A stretch of DNA of 62,900 nt, counting the filler, from Ministeria vibrans ATCC 50519 (lineage: Eukaryota > Protista > Filasterea), in assembly GCA_943704425.1 (NCBI GenBank). It is 3 parts of 3 records of this genome, joined end to end, with 100 filler letters (N's around TTAATTAATTAA, not from the genome) between each part and the next. Parts side by side here need not be neighbours in the genome. Positions count along the whole stretch, not along the records: positions 1 to 31,335 come from CALSCP010002350.1; 2 more parts are not named here. One strand, written 5' to 3'. The notes below the pieces were generated by a model. That model had not been told where the DNA came from, ran no database searches, and worked only from the letters and a program-made list of their open reading frames with translations. The translations under genes and the position numbers were made by a program. Shown piece after piece: positions 1 through 15,358 of the stretch. The stretch's first letter is position 1. Each line of letters opens with the position of its first letter.

Positions 1-39
1 TGTGAGAGAGAGAGAGTGAAGTGGACTGACCTCCTGATT

Positions 40-3000
40 TCAAACACAGAAAAGTTTGGGCTGACCAAGGACGCAGAAGACTACAGGTACCTTACACGTG
101 GAAACACAACGCGCGTGTCGGGCGTCGACGACTGGCAGAACTTTTGGGAGACAAAGGTAAACGGGCACCGTCACAGAAGAGAAGAAAATTAAGTGTTTTT
201 TGTGTGTGTTTTTCTTGCAGAGTGGATTGGGATTTATCGGATTCACTGAGCGTGAACAGGATGAGATCTTCCGGATCATTGCAATGGTTTTGATGTACGG
301 CCAGATTGACTTTACGCAAGCCAACGACACTGGCGCCGCAGTAACGACAGGCTCATCTGGCGAAGGTACCAATAGTGAGAGAGAGACAGACAGACAAGAG
401 AATGAGAGCATGTGTGTGTGAGAGAGAGACAGTGCGTGTGTGTATGTGTATGTGAGAGAGGTGGGTGAAAGAACAAAGTGATAGAGAGAGAACATAGTGT
501 GTGTGAGAGAGAGATTGATTCGTGTATTTTTGCCTTGTCGTAGCATTGAGCTCGCTTGCCGGTCTACTCTCTGTCAGTGTGACTGAGATCGCACAGGGTC
601 TCGTCAACAAGACTATTGTGTCTGGTGATGGAAGTGTCTTTACTACCCCCCTCTCAGTGGATCAGGTACAAAAACAAGCAAACAAAACGTCGTACGGTAT
701 ATGTATTCGCAGAACGTACCGTAACATCACACACTTCTTAGTGTGCGTACTCACGCGATGCATCAGCCAAGACCATGTATGATCGGTGCTTCAAATGGAT
801 TGTTGCCCACATCAACAAGAGCATCAATGCCGATAAACACCTCGTCGGCTCACTCATTGGCGTCCTTGACATTTATGGCTTTGAGATTTTTGAGGTCACT
901 AAAAAAACATTTCATCGGGTTTTTGTGTTGGTCTTTCCTTATGTGCTGACTTGCATTTGTGTGATAGATTAACTCTTTCGAGCAGTTTTGCATCAACTAT
1001 TGCAATGAGAAGCTGCAGCAGCTGTTTATTGAGAACATGTTGCGCAAGGATCAGCACGAGTACGAGGCAGAGGGGGTTGTATGGACGCCCGTCGAGTACC
1101 ATGACAACCAGGCCATTTGCGAAATGATTGATGGTGTACGTCACACAAGAAAAAGGGGGGACAGAGGAAGAGAAAACGACGTGATAGAGAGAACAAAGAG
1201 ATCAGAGAAAACAATCAGAAAAGAACGGGAGAGGAATTTTATGTGCTCCGTTGCAATTGACAATCACTAACTGCCTCATATAAAACTCTGCTGTTTTGTT
1301 AGGTGTCGGGAATGTATGGACTGATGGAGGAGGAGATGATCAAGCGAAGTTCGCCGACCGACGATGGTCTCATGAAGATGTACGCCAGCGACCGTCCCAT
1401 ACATTGCACTATGTTGATGCTCACGCTATGGTATCACTGTCTGTCTGTTTGATGTAGTTTCGACTCTGAGTTGAAGCACACCAAATACTATGCGTCGCGT
1501 GCCAAGCTCAAGGACTTGTCGGTTCCCGAGAATGAATTTACCGTTGATCATTACGCCGGAAAGGTAGCATTGTTTTGTTTTGTTTTTTTTTTCTTGATGT
1601 GAATCTCGTTTGACTTGTTTGTTTTTTTTCTCTCTTGTTCTCGTCTGCATGTTCCTGATATTTTTTTTTTCTTTTTAGGTGACGTACTCTGTCACGGGAT
1701 TCACTGACAAGACTGCCGATCCGTTCTACAAAGACGCTGCTGTGCCGCTTTTCAAGTGTGGCAACTCCATTGTCAAACAGCTCTTCCCTGAAGGCAATCC
1801 AACACAATTATTATTCTTGATACAATTTCAATACTAATTTTGTCGAATATTATTTCATGTTGTTTTTACAGGTGACAAGTCCAAGTGGCAACAATCGTCG
1901 AAGCGACCGATTGCGGTGGGCACGGCGTTCAAGCGGTCTATGAAGGAGATGGTTGACATGTTGCAGGCGCGCAACATGTCCTACGTGCGCTGCATCAAGC
2001 CCAACGCAAACAAGAGTCCCACTGAGTTTGACATGAAGCTCGTGACCGATCAGGTCAGTCCTCGTGTTGTCTGTATTCTACTTTCTAACCCTAAACCCAC
2101 TCTCAAACCTTTCTAACCCTAAACCCACTCTCAAACCTTTCTAACCCTAAACCCACTCTCGAACCTTTCTAACTCTCAAACCTTTCTAACCCTAAACCCA
2201 CTCTCAAACATCTCTAGGTGCGTGCTCTGGGCCTGCTGGAGAATGTCAAAGTGCGTCGGGCGGGCTACTGCTGGCGTCAGCGCTTCGACTTGGTCGTGCA
2301 TCGCTACCAACTGCTCAGTGAGCGCACGCGCAACTCAAACCTTGCAAGCATTGACCCGCGCACGGGCACCATTGCCATTCTTGATGCCATGAAGGTAGAG
2401 AAGCACCTCTGAGTCTTTCTTCTGGAGCACTCACATTATTTCTCGTAGGTCGCGAAGAAGGACTACACCATGGGCAAGACCAAGCTGTTCATTCGACATC
2501 CCCAGACTGTTTTTGCCATCGAGGAGGCCCGTGAGGTGCTCATTCCCAAGTATGTTGTCAAAATCCAACAGTGGTTTCGTCGCAAGGTATGCTCAACTCT
2601 CTTATTATCGTACATTCTTCTTTCAAATCACTCTTTGTTTATCAATAATAATTTGTTATTAATAATAATTGTTTCTTTAATTGGAAATCTCTTCTTCTTC
2701 TTAATTGTTTCTTTCTCTCTTTTTTTTCTCCTTTCTCTCTTTCTCCTTTTTTTCTTTCTCTCTATGTGTCGTGTAGCGCTACCAAGCGTGGCTGGGTGCC
2801 ATCAACAAGGTGTACGGTGCGTGCAAGTCAGACCCCAAGTTCTGTCACGACAAGGAATGGCCCCGGGTAAGTTTATTTCTCCACGCTCTTTTCTCTCCAC
2901 ATTTTACGTCATTCACCCTTCCCAACATCTCCTCAAACGCACACTTTGTATTTTTTTATTTGTTCTCTACCGCTTTGTTCTGTTCTTCTGTCTTCTTTCT

Positions 3001-4395
3001 CTCTTTCACTCTCACTACTTTGATTATTTTTCTTTTTCTTATTTGCTTTATTTTTCCTGCTTTCTTTCTCTCTCTCTCAGGCCAAGTTCGCGGTGGTCAA
3101 AGAGGGCGATAAGTACACGCAGAAGATCTATCGCAACTGGTGGGCGTACAAGTTCATCACGCGTCTTGACAGCGACGACCGCGATATCTACCGCATCAAA
3201 CTTCTCGCAACCGACTTCTTCCAGAACAAGAAGACGTGGGACATGTCGGTACTGACTGATCCCATTTGCATGTGGCTTCTTTGGCTTTGCTAGTGTCTTA
3301 TACGTTGATGTATTGAATTTGTTACTTAGCGCAAGTGGAGTGCGTTCTACTTTACCCACTGGCGATTCGATGCAGAGGAGCGCACCTTCACTTACGGATC
3401 CACATTCCGGTAAACACATCCTCTTATTATGTCTTGCTCATCTTGATATCTTCTTGTGTGTTTGTCCCCCCAACACAGTACGACATTTGTGTCGACAGCC
3501 AACAAACTGTCGCGGCTGTGGGGCGCATCATCGCGTGTTGTGGCTCTCTCCAAGTCGCACCTTCACCTCGTATGTTACTGTCACTCATAGTTTAGTCGCT
3601 CACTCGAGCACTGAGAGTCACATTATTATTATTTTTAGTATTATAATTATAATAATAATAATTATTATTATTAAATTTTTGTTATTGCTGTTTGTAGATT
3701 CCACTGAGTAAGATTGACTGGAAAGTGAGCTCCTTCTTCAATCGATCGACCGGTCAAGAACTGACTAACGTGGCTCGTGTGTCGTTGGGACGTCAAAATA
3801 GCGGCATTGTCATCATCAACAGTCGACGGGTGAGAATGTGTGCGTCTGAGAGAAGCACATTGTTATCATTGATGTGTATGCTTTATGCACGTTTCTATTG
3901 TGTACTTCTTGTCTGGTCTCTTTGTCACACTTTGTTTCTCTCTCTATCACTTTGTCTTTCTCTCTCCCTATCATATTTTTGCTTTCTTTCTGTTTTGTAT
4001 CTTTTGTGTATGTCTCTCTCTCAATATACCTTTATTCATCCAATCTGCCTTCTTGGTGTTGTAGCCTGGCGACGATGCTGTGCTTGACTTTGGCGAGTTT
4101 AACCGTGATCACGCTTGTGAGTTTGCTGTGCGTCTTTACGTTGCCTGTCGATCCTGTGACAACAAAATCGAAGTGGAGGTACCCCAAAAAAAAAAGCAAA
4201 ACAACCCCTCCGCTGATAGTCTGATTCATTTTTTCTTTTTAGGTGACGGACAGCATGTACTACACGTTCAACGATGGCTCTCAGCGCACTATCGAGCTGA
4301 ATCAGGCGGTTGAGCCCTTTGGGATCAACTCCAAATGGCTTCGTGGCTCTGGTGGCACTTTTGACGCTCTCATTTATGGCCCAATCCCAAAGTAA
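40..4395 (+). CDS. MYO1: Short-tailed class I myosin (motor, IQ, TH1), multi-exon, 5' truncated by the window
   Basis: Spliced exons give [79 protein letters not shown] and an IQ motif ([10 protein letters not shown]). The tail ends ...IYGPIPK* at 4395. Confidence 0.92.
2082..2210 (+). repeat. Intronic ~28-bp tandem repeat (CTTTCTAACCCTAAACCCACTCTCAAAC) with a telomere-like CTAACCCTAA core
   Basis: About 4 near-identical units inside a myosin intron. Confidence 0.85.
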
Positions 4396-4583
4396 AAAAT
4401 GAAAAGCAAAACGAGCACTGAAAAATAATAATTTGCAGTAACATCAAAAATATATAAATATTATAATAATTAATATTATAATAATTATAATAATAAGAAT
4501 AATGATAGAAATTTACAACAAACCATTTTGGTCGACTGACATAAAGATCACTCTCCATTAACTTACAATATTTTTCAGTCAAA

Positions 4584-5155
4584 ATGATCGCGTTATCACG
4601 AACAATTGTGACATGCTCGTTACTCAGTTTCACGGCGCGATGTGCGTTTGCCTCGAAAGCAGGCAACACCGCGACAATGCGAGAGGAGTCAGTGTTGGAA
4701 AGTGCGCGAAAGCTGCCTCGTCTGGCGCGCCACGTCGCCCTTGAAGGCGGCACCGAGCGTGCCTTCTCCGGAGTGTTTGCCAGCGGTGAGCCGTACGACC
4801 ATGCCGCCGAGGGCGTTTACCATTCAGCTGTTTCAAACATTCCCATATTTTCATCGTCCGCCAAATACGACAGCGGAAGCGGATGGCCTTCGTTCTACGA
4901 TGTTGTTGATCCTTTGGCCATTCGTGAGGTTGTGGACGATTCGCATGGCATGGCGAGGGTCGAGGTAAGACACAAGAGACGAAGAGAGCACTGAATAATA
5001 TTGCATGACTGTGTTTCAATTAGGTTCGGGATTTCGCATCGGACACTCATTTGGGACACGTTTTCAACGACGGTCCTCCACCTACGGGGAAACGATACTG
5101 CATCAACGCGGCTGTTTTAAGATTCGTTGCAGCAGAGAGCAAATCAGAGTTATAA
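4584..5155 (+). CDS. msrB: Peptide methionine-R-sulfoxide reductase MsrB, 2 exons, probable N-terminal targeting peptide
   Basis: [19 protein letters not shown] and SHGMARVE, then an intron and [28 protein letters not shown]. Confidence 0.92.
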
Positions 5156-5239
5156 AAAAATTGCAATCATATTCGAGATTTGAATTTTCAGCTCGGACTG
5201 ACTACTATATTCATTATTCACACTTTTCTTTTGGGCACT

Positions 5240-6616
5240 ATGCGTCGACGTCTCTTGCTTGGATTGGGCATGCTGACGGTGGTTGTTGCAGTAGTCACGA
5301 TCGGGATGTCGTTTGTGGCAGATGCGGGCCCGCTGTACATTGCAGAGCACTTTGGGCTGGGCGAAGGGCCCGCGCTGGACGGGGCGGGCAAGTACGAGCG
5401 CGTCAGCGACTGGCTGGCCGACACGGCGCATCACGACGTCCATCTGGAGGAGATGGCGAGCGAAACGCTGCACGTGCTTCTGCCCTCGCCTACGTCGGTT
5501 GCGTCGCAGTGCGGCAGTGCCTGGCAGCAGCGCTACGCCGCGCTGCACGCCGACATTGTCGCCGGTCGACGTCCCCCCAAGTTTCTCGTCTACCGCTGCG
5601 CAAACCGCCACGCCGGTCCCGGACGAACCTCGGCCTTTCGGGGCTGTGGGGGTCTGGGCAATCGCTTGCGCGGCCTCGCCTCTGCCTTTGTTCTTGCGCT
5701 GCTGACCGATCGAGCGTTTCTCATTGACTGGGAGTCGCCCGATTCATTGACACGGTAACAACCTTTTGATTTGTATTAAGTTTAATATTGTTTCTCGTTG
5801 GAGGCACGCAAGTGAGTCAGAAGCGTATGTCACGTATTGTATTTGTTTGGCATCCATGGTGAAACTCCATACAATACTATGATTGACTTGGACTTTCGTC
5901 TTTGCTATTGTGCTGAAAACTAACCCTCAATCATAGCGTATTGCATACAAGTGTGATGCTGAAATACATAATGTCAACGTTGTATTAATTTCAATAATAT
6001 AATTATTATAATATTAATTATTTTTCATTATAATATTTTTATAATATTATTATCATGTCAAGTGTTCCTCTGCATTGTCCGATCCAAAATAAGAAAGAGC
6101 ATTATTAATAATTTTATTATAATTATTTTGGTAGATACCTGATACCAAACAAGATTGACTGGAGGTGGAGCGCAGTCGAACGAGCTCGCGTAAAGGCAGG
6201 GGCGCTGCGCGAAGTCGAGCACTATTGGGGCTCGGAAGAGTGGTCTTTGGGATTGCGGGACAATGCCTTTTTTCGCACAACCGACCTTAATGTGCTCTTT
6301 GAGGGCGCTCAAGTTGTTTACCTGACCACCATTTACGATATTTTACCGCAATTGCGACAAAACCGCCTTTTAATTGAAACCTTCCAACGACGCAACCTCG
6401 AGCACTTCCACCATGGTCTCGGCTGCGCCTTCCACTACCTCTTCAACTACTCCCAACAGCTGCTTGGTCTGGTGGAAACCTTCCGAAGGGAGCAACTTCT
6501 ATCGCAATGGCCTATCATTGCAATTCACGCGCGCGTCGGCGACGATTCCTTTCGTGTCAAAAAGACTGGTAGGGCCGAATGGATCCGAAAGCAATTGGAA
6601 CTGTTGAATGGCGTTT

Positions 6617-6661
<45 letters not shown>

Positions 6662-7457
6662 TATTATTATTATTAATTTTTATTAATAATACGTCTTTGC
6701 ATAGGAGACAGTGTGTATAAGTTTGAGGATTGGAAAAGCGTTTTTGATTGTGCTCTGCTAATGGAAAAGCTCTGCTCGGCCGATGGTAACTCTTCGGGAG
6801 TCCGTTGGTTTCTGGCCACGGATAATCATCAGCTTAAAGTAAGAAGCAAAAGAACACTGATGTCTTGAACGAAAGTTCTCTCATTGCATAAAACGAAGAA
6901 AAAAAAAAGAAAAAAAAACGCAAGTTGACATGACATACTCAATAACGATAACATATTTAATATTATCTTGTGCAGATGGACGCTCTGGAGCGATACGGAG
7001 GACGCGTGGCCTCCATTGACAGTCGGTTTCTCATGCACATCAGCTTCCAAGCGCGCGACCGCAACCGCATCCTCAGCGACTACGAGCGCCGCATGGTCCT
7101 GCGCGCCAACCGCATTGGCTTCCAGATGGGCACCTTTGTGGACCATCTGCTTCTGCAAGGCTCGCGCGCTATTCTTGCCACCGGTGGCTCTTTCAGTGTC
7201 ACCGCCCATCAGGTTAGACACTTTGTTTTATGCAAACTCACATATTATACACTAAAAAAGAAAAAAAACCACAAAACAACAACAACGACAACAGAAGTGA
7301 AGAATTAACGCATTGGAGAAATTCTTTTTTTGTTCTTATGCTTTTATAGGTGACATTGTCACGAAATGCCCTGTTGGAGGAGTGCGAGCTGAGGTATGAG
7401 TCACGGGACTTTTCTCTGGCGTGCATGGCCAACGCAACGTCTGAACGTCCACTGTAG
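5240..7457 (+). CDS. Type II membrane fucosyltransferase-like glycosyltransferase (GT-B; GT37/GT23/GT11-like)
   Basis: N-terminal TM anchor, GGLGNRLRGLASAFVLALLTDRAFLIDW, IAIHARVGD (HxRxGD motif) and WFLATDN across several exons. Confidence 0.75.
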
Positions 7458-7564
7458 CTTGAGTGTTGTGTGTACGTTTTATGTACAAAAATAAGATAAC
7501 TGACTGAATGAGATGAATGAATATAGATTGCGTACATTAGAAAAATGAATACAGAATAAGTATA

Positions 7565-10500
7565 TCAAAGTGAGGCAAACCAGCGGTGGTGAAGCAGTTC
7601 GCCCGCGGAGGGGCGCTCGTCGGGGTCAACGGTGAGACACTGAGAAATGAAGTCACGGCCATTCTCACTGAGAGTAGTGGGGGGAGTAGGTGGAGGCTAA
7701 ACACAGAGAGAGAGAGACAGGGAGACACGCGCACACACAGACACACACAGAGAGAGAGTGAAATACCCAGAGACAAAGACAAAAAGAGAGAGAGAGAAAA
7801 AGAGGGGTCAGCGTCACCCATGGTTAACAACTCAGATCTTACCGAAGTCGCAATCTGAAAGATAATGGCTTCAGGACCATGAAACTGCGACCAGGGTGGA
7901 CGACCCGTCACCATTTCATATACAACACATCCAATCGACCAAATATCAGCCTAAAACACAGAAACAAACCGAAGATAAAAAAAAGAAAAAGCAAGAGAGA
8001 AGAAAGAGGCAAAAGAGAATGAGTAACGTAATAGGGAAAAGGTATAAAGAGAGAAGACAAAAAAAGAGAAAAAAATAGAGAGAGAGGAGGAAGAAATAAA
8101 CAATCAACACGTATAAAACAGAATAACAAATACTACACCCCTCACCGATCGTCCGTGACCAATGCGCTTTTCGCGCGTAATGACCTCAGGCGCCATGTAC
8201 GCAGGCGTACCCGCCAGGTCTGGCATCTCTCCGTGCAGCGTTGTCTCCTTCTTTAACTTGTGGCATGATCCAAAGTCGCCCAGTTTGAGTTTACCTTCGT
8301 CATCAAAGAAAATGTTGTCGCTCTTAATATCACGATGCTACACACAAACAAACAAACAAACAAACAAACAAAAAAAGCATTAATAATTCTCTTTCAAAAT
8401 AATTATGATTACAATGAGACTAAAAATAATTTCAAACGTACTGCAACTCCTTCGTTGTGCAAATGGTTGACGACCTGGACAAGATGCTGTGAGAGAGTGC
8501 AGGCCAGCGACTCATGGTCGATGGGACCGCTCTCAAGCATCTTGGTGAGAGTGCCACCGTTGCAACACTCCATGATGAGACACAGCTCGTCACCGTTCAC
8601 CTCACAGCCGTAATATGTCACCAGATTGGGATGGTGCAGAACCGTAAGGACAGACAACTCCAGTTGGATGCTCCGGATGCGCGCCGCTCGCTCCGGATGG
8701 TTCAGGTTGATAAATTTGATGGCGACCGGCTGACCCTTGTCGAGGTCTACACACGCATGAACCACACCTGAGCTGCCCTGCCCCAGCAGACGTCCGCGCT
8801 GGTAGCGCACTTTCTGCAGGTAGGGCGCCAGCATACGCAACTCTTCCTCACTCATTAGATTTCCAGCTCGCGTCGGACGCGACACCTCCTTGCCAATGAC
8901 AGACACCTTCCTGAGGCGGTCGTCGCGCGCCAAGTCGAGCTCCTTGAGCACCTCCAAGCGCGACGCAGTCCGTCGCACCGGTTGCTTCCGTCGCGACAAA
9001 ATGCTTCCGGGCGCAGTCGACGCTCCGCCGTTGGCCGCAGTACCAGTCGCAATGGTGCCTTCCTCGAGCATGCCCGCCGGAAGGTCCTTCAAGTCCATAC
9101 TGTGAGAAAAAAAAATTAGTACGTGTTTTGGCAACACGGCTGCCCTGTCGTACCTGACGACGCTGCTGGAGGAGTCACGAGTCGAGGTTCCAAAAGTGGT
9201 AGTCTGAGAGCGTCTCATAAGGGCCGGTGGCGTAACGCTGCCCTTGGTGCTAAGGGCAGTAGTACCAGAGGCGACGGAGGAGAAGGCGGTGGCATGACGC
9301 GACTGCGGTGGCGAGTGGGGCACTGAGTGCGTGGCACTAGCAAGTGACCGCTGGTGCTGCAACTGCTGCTGCAGAGTCGAGCTGGGCTGGTGCGCGGCGG
9401 ACTCGTGTTCTCTCTCCTTGTGAGCGAGACCGCTCAGTGGGTGATGCGATCCGGCCACCACGGCCGACGAGGGCCGGTTAGCGCCCTCACCTAATTGCAG
9501 ACTACCAAGCGACTGGTGGGACACGAGTGAGTACGCCGACTGGGTGATGCTGGTAGAGACGCTGTGGCGCATCAGTGGGTCAAAAGGCAAGTCACTGACA
9601 AGGTGAAGCATGAGCAGACGCACATTAGAGCGGTACTCTTCGGTGACACTGTGATCGAGCTGTACCAAATGCGTTGGTTTGTTGTCGCGGATGAGCTGAA
9701 GACCCGCCATGGCCCACTTCGGAACAATCTTGTGCTGACCCGGACACATGTGAGTGACAAAGCGGGCCCAGCTCGTGAGCAGACGCACACACTCGGTGAC
9801 CAGCTCGTTGTCGGCACTGATGATCTTGAGTGCCTGAGGGTAAAACTCAAAGGCGACGTTAAACGCAAGCTGCAGCACGTGCTGGCAGCGCGTCGTCTCG
9901 GCGTCCGTCTCGGTGTAGCGCTCCGCCTGCATCATCAAGTAGAGCTGCTGCACCGACTCCATCACCTCGAGCAGAAGACGACGGGTGCCGACAAAGAGGG
10001 AGCGCAGGTTGCTCTGAACAGAGTGCAACGGACTGCACTGACGCAGCGACTGGCGCTCGACAATGCCACGTCCCACCATCTGCACAAAGGTCGCCTTACA
10101 CTCTTGCAGATGAGTGCTGCTACATGCGATCACCTTGAGAATCTCCTGGCGCGACACACTCGACGACGTCTCGTGAATGTCCGACGGAGGGTTCGGGTCG
10201 GACAGGTCCATGTCGGACAGCACCAGCGCAATGTCGACCTGGCGTTCAAGCGTCATTAGACGCCCCTTGTGCCGAGTCCAGTCGCGCACGACAAGCGAGT
10301 CAACCTGCGCTGCCTCGTCGGCAATCTTCGACGGCGTGTTCTGTGCGTCCACAGCAATGAGGTAGATGTGGTCGGCATCAAAGTTGCCCTGCTCGCCACG
10401 ACAGCAGCGCAACAGTTGTGCCAAGCAGGCGCGCTTGTGATCGCTCGCGACAAATGCCGGTGAGGCAAAGAGGACGACGCTCGGGTCGAGGGGCATCTCG

Positions 10501-13500
10501 TTCGTGTCGACAAGCATGGCAAATCCATTGCTGCGCAACACCTTCAGTACCGTGCGGATCTTGGCCACCATGCGAAAGTCGACAGCAACTTCGAGGCTAC
10601 GCAGGAGCTTCTTGGAGAAACGCAAAGTACGTTGCGAGCTACGACGAATCTCGTCAAAAAGCTCGCGCGCGTCGCGCTCAAATTGCAGCACGTTGGAGGT
10701 CATGTCTTCGTCGTCACCCACCTGCGAGACAAGACTGTCACTTCGATCGTCGTTGGACGTGTGTGGCACAGGCGGTGGGCTGAGTGAGATGGGCAGCTGC
10801 TGTCGTTGTTGCTGCAATTTCGGCAGTTCAAAGTCAACAGTCTCAATGCTGCCAAACGCGACGCTGCCACTCGCGAGGGTCGACGGTGTTTCGGGCAACG
10901 AAGCACCTCCTGCTCCACCAACCGAGTCCGTACTACTATGGTGCTGGATGGAGCCCTGCGGCGAGAGGGTACGCGACGGGTGGTTGGCGTTGTTGTTGCT
11001 GTTGTTGTTGTTCGAGTTTGAGTTGGTGTTGATGCTGAGAGGGGTTGAGGTGGTGGCCACGTTTGAGTTTGGGTTCAAGTTTGACGAGGGAGTCGCAATT
11101 GCGTTGCTGCCAATCCCAACAAGAAGCAGAGCAACACTGGCCTTTTGACTGGCCTTGCCCGTACTCATCGAGCGCGAACCGAACGAGTGAGTTTTGCGAT
11201 GGCGAAGCACAGGCGAATCTGACGGAGAGTTGGAAGTCGCCGCTGCAGTTGTGCTGGTTGACGCTGTAGCGGTCGCCTCGCGAGCAGCATTTTCTGCTGC
11301 CGCTGCGGAGGCGGAAGTTGAGCTGGGAGAAATTTTGACGTGCGCAAGGGAGCGCGAACGTTGCGGAACGATTCGAGGAGCCAAGTAATTGAGGGGTTGC
11401 CTCTTGCTGTTGAGAGAAGATTCGGGTGAGACGAGGGCCTCTGGGTCGGGACCCGTCCGTGGCACGAGAGGCTCGGTGGTATTGGACAAGGTGGGTAAAT
11501 CGAAGAAGGGGCGCGTTGGGGGACTAACGCTCAGTTGGGGCACAGTTGTGGTCGGAGAATGAGTGGAAGTGGTAATACGATGAGTGGCATTGGGTATGGA
11601 AATACCATTGCTCCTCGTCAGCTCTTCCTCCACCATCACCCCTACGTTGTTGTTGCCATCATCATCATCCTCCTCCTCCTCCTCCTCGTCGTCGTCGTCC
11701 ACTTCAACATCCGCGCCAACATCAATGTTGCTGACTTGCGCTTCAAATTCTGCGTCACGTTGGCGCAGAGAAGCCATGCGACTCTCAAGAACGTGCTGGA
11801 CATTGGCAGTGATGGAGGAGACCATGAGACAGAATTGACGAGCGCACTGTGCTTCGCCATCGAGAATGTGACTGGCAAACTTGAGGAGTTCTTCCCAGCG
11901 ATTTTCCAGAACGTCAACAAAGTTGCGTGTAGGCGGGTACTGGAGTGACTGGACTTGTCGAAGCCACTCGTAGAGAAGGCGCAGGTGTTGTTCGAGGGCA
12001 CACTTGAGGTTTTGCTCGAACACATCGAAGACCTGTTCCTTCCACTCGTCGTCGCTGGGTTCCCTTGCCGACAGACCAATCATCATGTGAAGGTAGACCG
12101 ACTTGACGCGCACCGACTGAGCAATAAGTTCGTGGAATTCGTTGGCAAGCTGATTGGACGATTGGACGGAGAGAATTTTCGGAATGGATAGGAGGCGCAA
12201 CTGAAGGCATTGAAGCAGAATGGCAATGGGCACGCGCGTGAGATAGAGAGCGAGGGGTTGGAAGGAAGGCAAACCAAGTTTGTGGAAGAAGTTGACATGG
12301 CTGTGGTGAGTGAGGAGCTCGATGGCCTTAAAGACGGGCGCCGACTTGGCGTCGTCGTCGGGCAGGTCGACAATCTTGAAGACGGACGACGAGGGCTTCT
12401 CGTCCTTGTGCTTGCGCTTGTAAATGCGATGCAGCACAAGGTCAACCAGACCCGTAACAGAGTAGCGCTTGAGACCATTTTGCACAAAGACGGCCGAGTC
12501 GTCGGTGCGTGCGTCGTAGCGGATGACACACGGCGCAATGGGGTTGAGTTTGCGAGCGAGAAGACGTTTGGCGAGCAGGGAGGGTTCGTCACAACAGGGT
12601 ATGTCGACCTTGGCAACGTGCCACAAGGTGAGGATGGTTTGGTAGGCGTCGCGCAACGAGCGCGTGGTGTTGGCGTAGGTCATGAGGGCGTCTACATTAC
12701 GATCGTAGCAGCGACGCTCCGTCTCCGACGGGAGATGGTCGTCGCGCAGCTTGATGTATTTGAGTGTGCCATCGGACTCCTTGACAGCGCGTGGATAGAG
12801 ACTCTCGGCGTCGTCAAGGGCCTCGAGGACGGTGTGGGCGCGCGTGACATTGTCAAGGCTGACGGGCGATGAGGCAAAGTTGAGAATAGAGTCGACGACG
12901 ACACGGGCATCGCGACGTTTCCTGTCGATGACAGACGCCTCGAGAGGCGCCGGGAGAATCTGGTTGCCAGTCTGGATGCGCATGAGATTAGCAATGGCGG
13001 ACGGTAATCGATGAAGATCCTGCTGTGCCTGCGAGCCCCGACGACTGTTAGCGCCATCGTTGAGCTGCTGACGCTTGTGGAACATGCGATCGATCCAGTC
13101 GACGCAATGGGCGGTAAACTCGTTGAGAGACTCGAGATGGTCGTCGCTCTTGATAGCGGGTGTCTGGACCATTTGCGTGCCCAGCTGCATGGTGGTGGGC
13201 GACGGCGTCGAGGGCATGTTGGATGCTGCAGCGATGACTGCGCTTCCAAGAGAGAAGGGTGCGAGAGGGACGGGAGGGCCGCGCGCGGGTGGGGGCGGCG
13301 TGACTTCGTCTGGAGGTGGTGGTGAGGTTGTGGTAGAGTTTGAGCGAGTGGTGAGCTCGGAGTTGGGCTCGGACGTGGTGGTGGTAGTGGTGGTGGTAGC
13401 AAGAAGTACGGCGGGAGTGGACGGGGTAAAGACCGAGTCGGTGTCGTTGTTGTGAGAGGAGGTTGGGGTGCCCATACCGAGGGTGGTGGAGCCCAAGCGC

Positions 13501-13862
13501 ATGGTCGTTGGTGTGGCGGGTGCCGTGGAGAAACTTGCGCTAGAGGTGGAAGTAAGCGTTTGTAACGACGTGACGCTGCGCTGGCGCAACTGAATATCTT
13601 CCCACTGATCAACATCCTCGTCAAAGTGAAACAGTTCCATGTGGGCTTCGGCGGCACGCGAAGATGAAGAGCGATTGCGTGAAGGTGATGAAGACGAGGT
13701 GGCGTTGGAGCGCGACGAAAGCGTCGAGGAGTTGCCAAGGCGCAAAGCCTTGCCTGTTGCTGCTGACGACGATGCGGGTGACCCACGAGATGTGGTGGGG
13801 GGAGACGTGGGGACGAGCGGTGGAGAGGAGGGGACACTGGAGCGAGCGGATCGTTTGGGCAT
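7565..13862 (-). CDS. MAP3K4: MAP kinase kinase kinase, MEKK4/Ssk2-like
   Basis: Long N-terminal region and a C-terminal STE11-type kinase: YQRGRLLGQGSSGVVH, VAIK, HRDIKSDNIF, KLGDFG, GTPAYMAPE, ADIWSIGCVVYEMVTGRPPW, ...ERPSAGELLHHRWFASL*. Confidence 0.8.
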
Positions 13863-13978
13863 GGTGATGCGAGCAACATTGGCGACGGTGTTTCGGCGTT
13901 TATGGTTGATCTTGTTGCCCCAGCCTCGTGAGCGTGGAGGTGACTGGTCGTCGAAGGGGTACTCGATTGACAGGGAGA

Positions 13979-15008
<1,030 letters not shown>

Positions 15009-15308
15009 ACGTACGACAAATTAAACTACAATAAACAAAACAATTTACTAATTTTAGAAATCGCACCAAGTGACTTTTTTTTTTGACCCACAAGAACAAT
15101 GTATAGTGTGTTGCCCCTGTTTCAGTTTCGGTATGTATTGTGTAATGGATATTACATTGGATTGGGTCTTGTGGGTGTCGTGTGCTGCTCAGAGATGTAA
15201 CGAACACTGCGCTCTGTGGGAGACGGCTGTCCACAAGAGCACACAGCAAGGTGACCTGAGTGACCACTCACCAGCGCATATTCCACTCCTGTGCACGTTG
15301 CACTTTTG

Positions 15309-15323
15309 CTAGCACTTGTCGTC

Positions 15324-15358
<35 letters not shown>

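Noticed and set aside
9100-9153. VRYDRAAVLPKHVLIFFSHS as part of the MAP3K protein
   Set aside because: It looks like a short in-frame GT..poly-T..CAG intron that the ORF caller read through.
9564-13879. Overlapping antisense and alternate-frame ORFs in the MAP3K exon (likewise in MRTF and the SorCS-like gene)
   Set aside because: They are shadow ORFs of GC-rich coding sequence without recognisable motifs.
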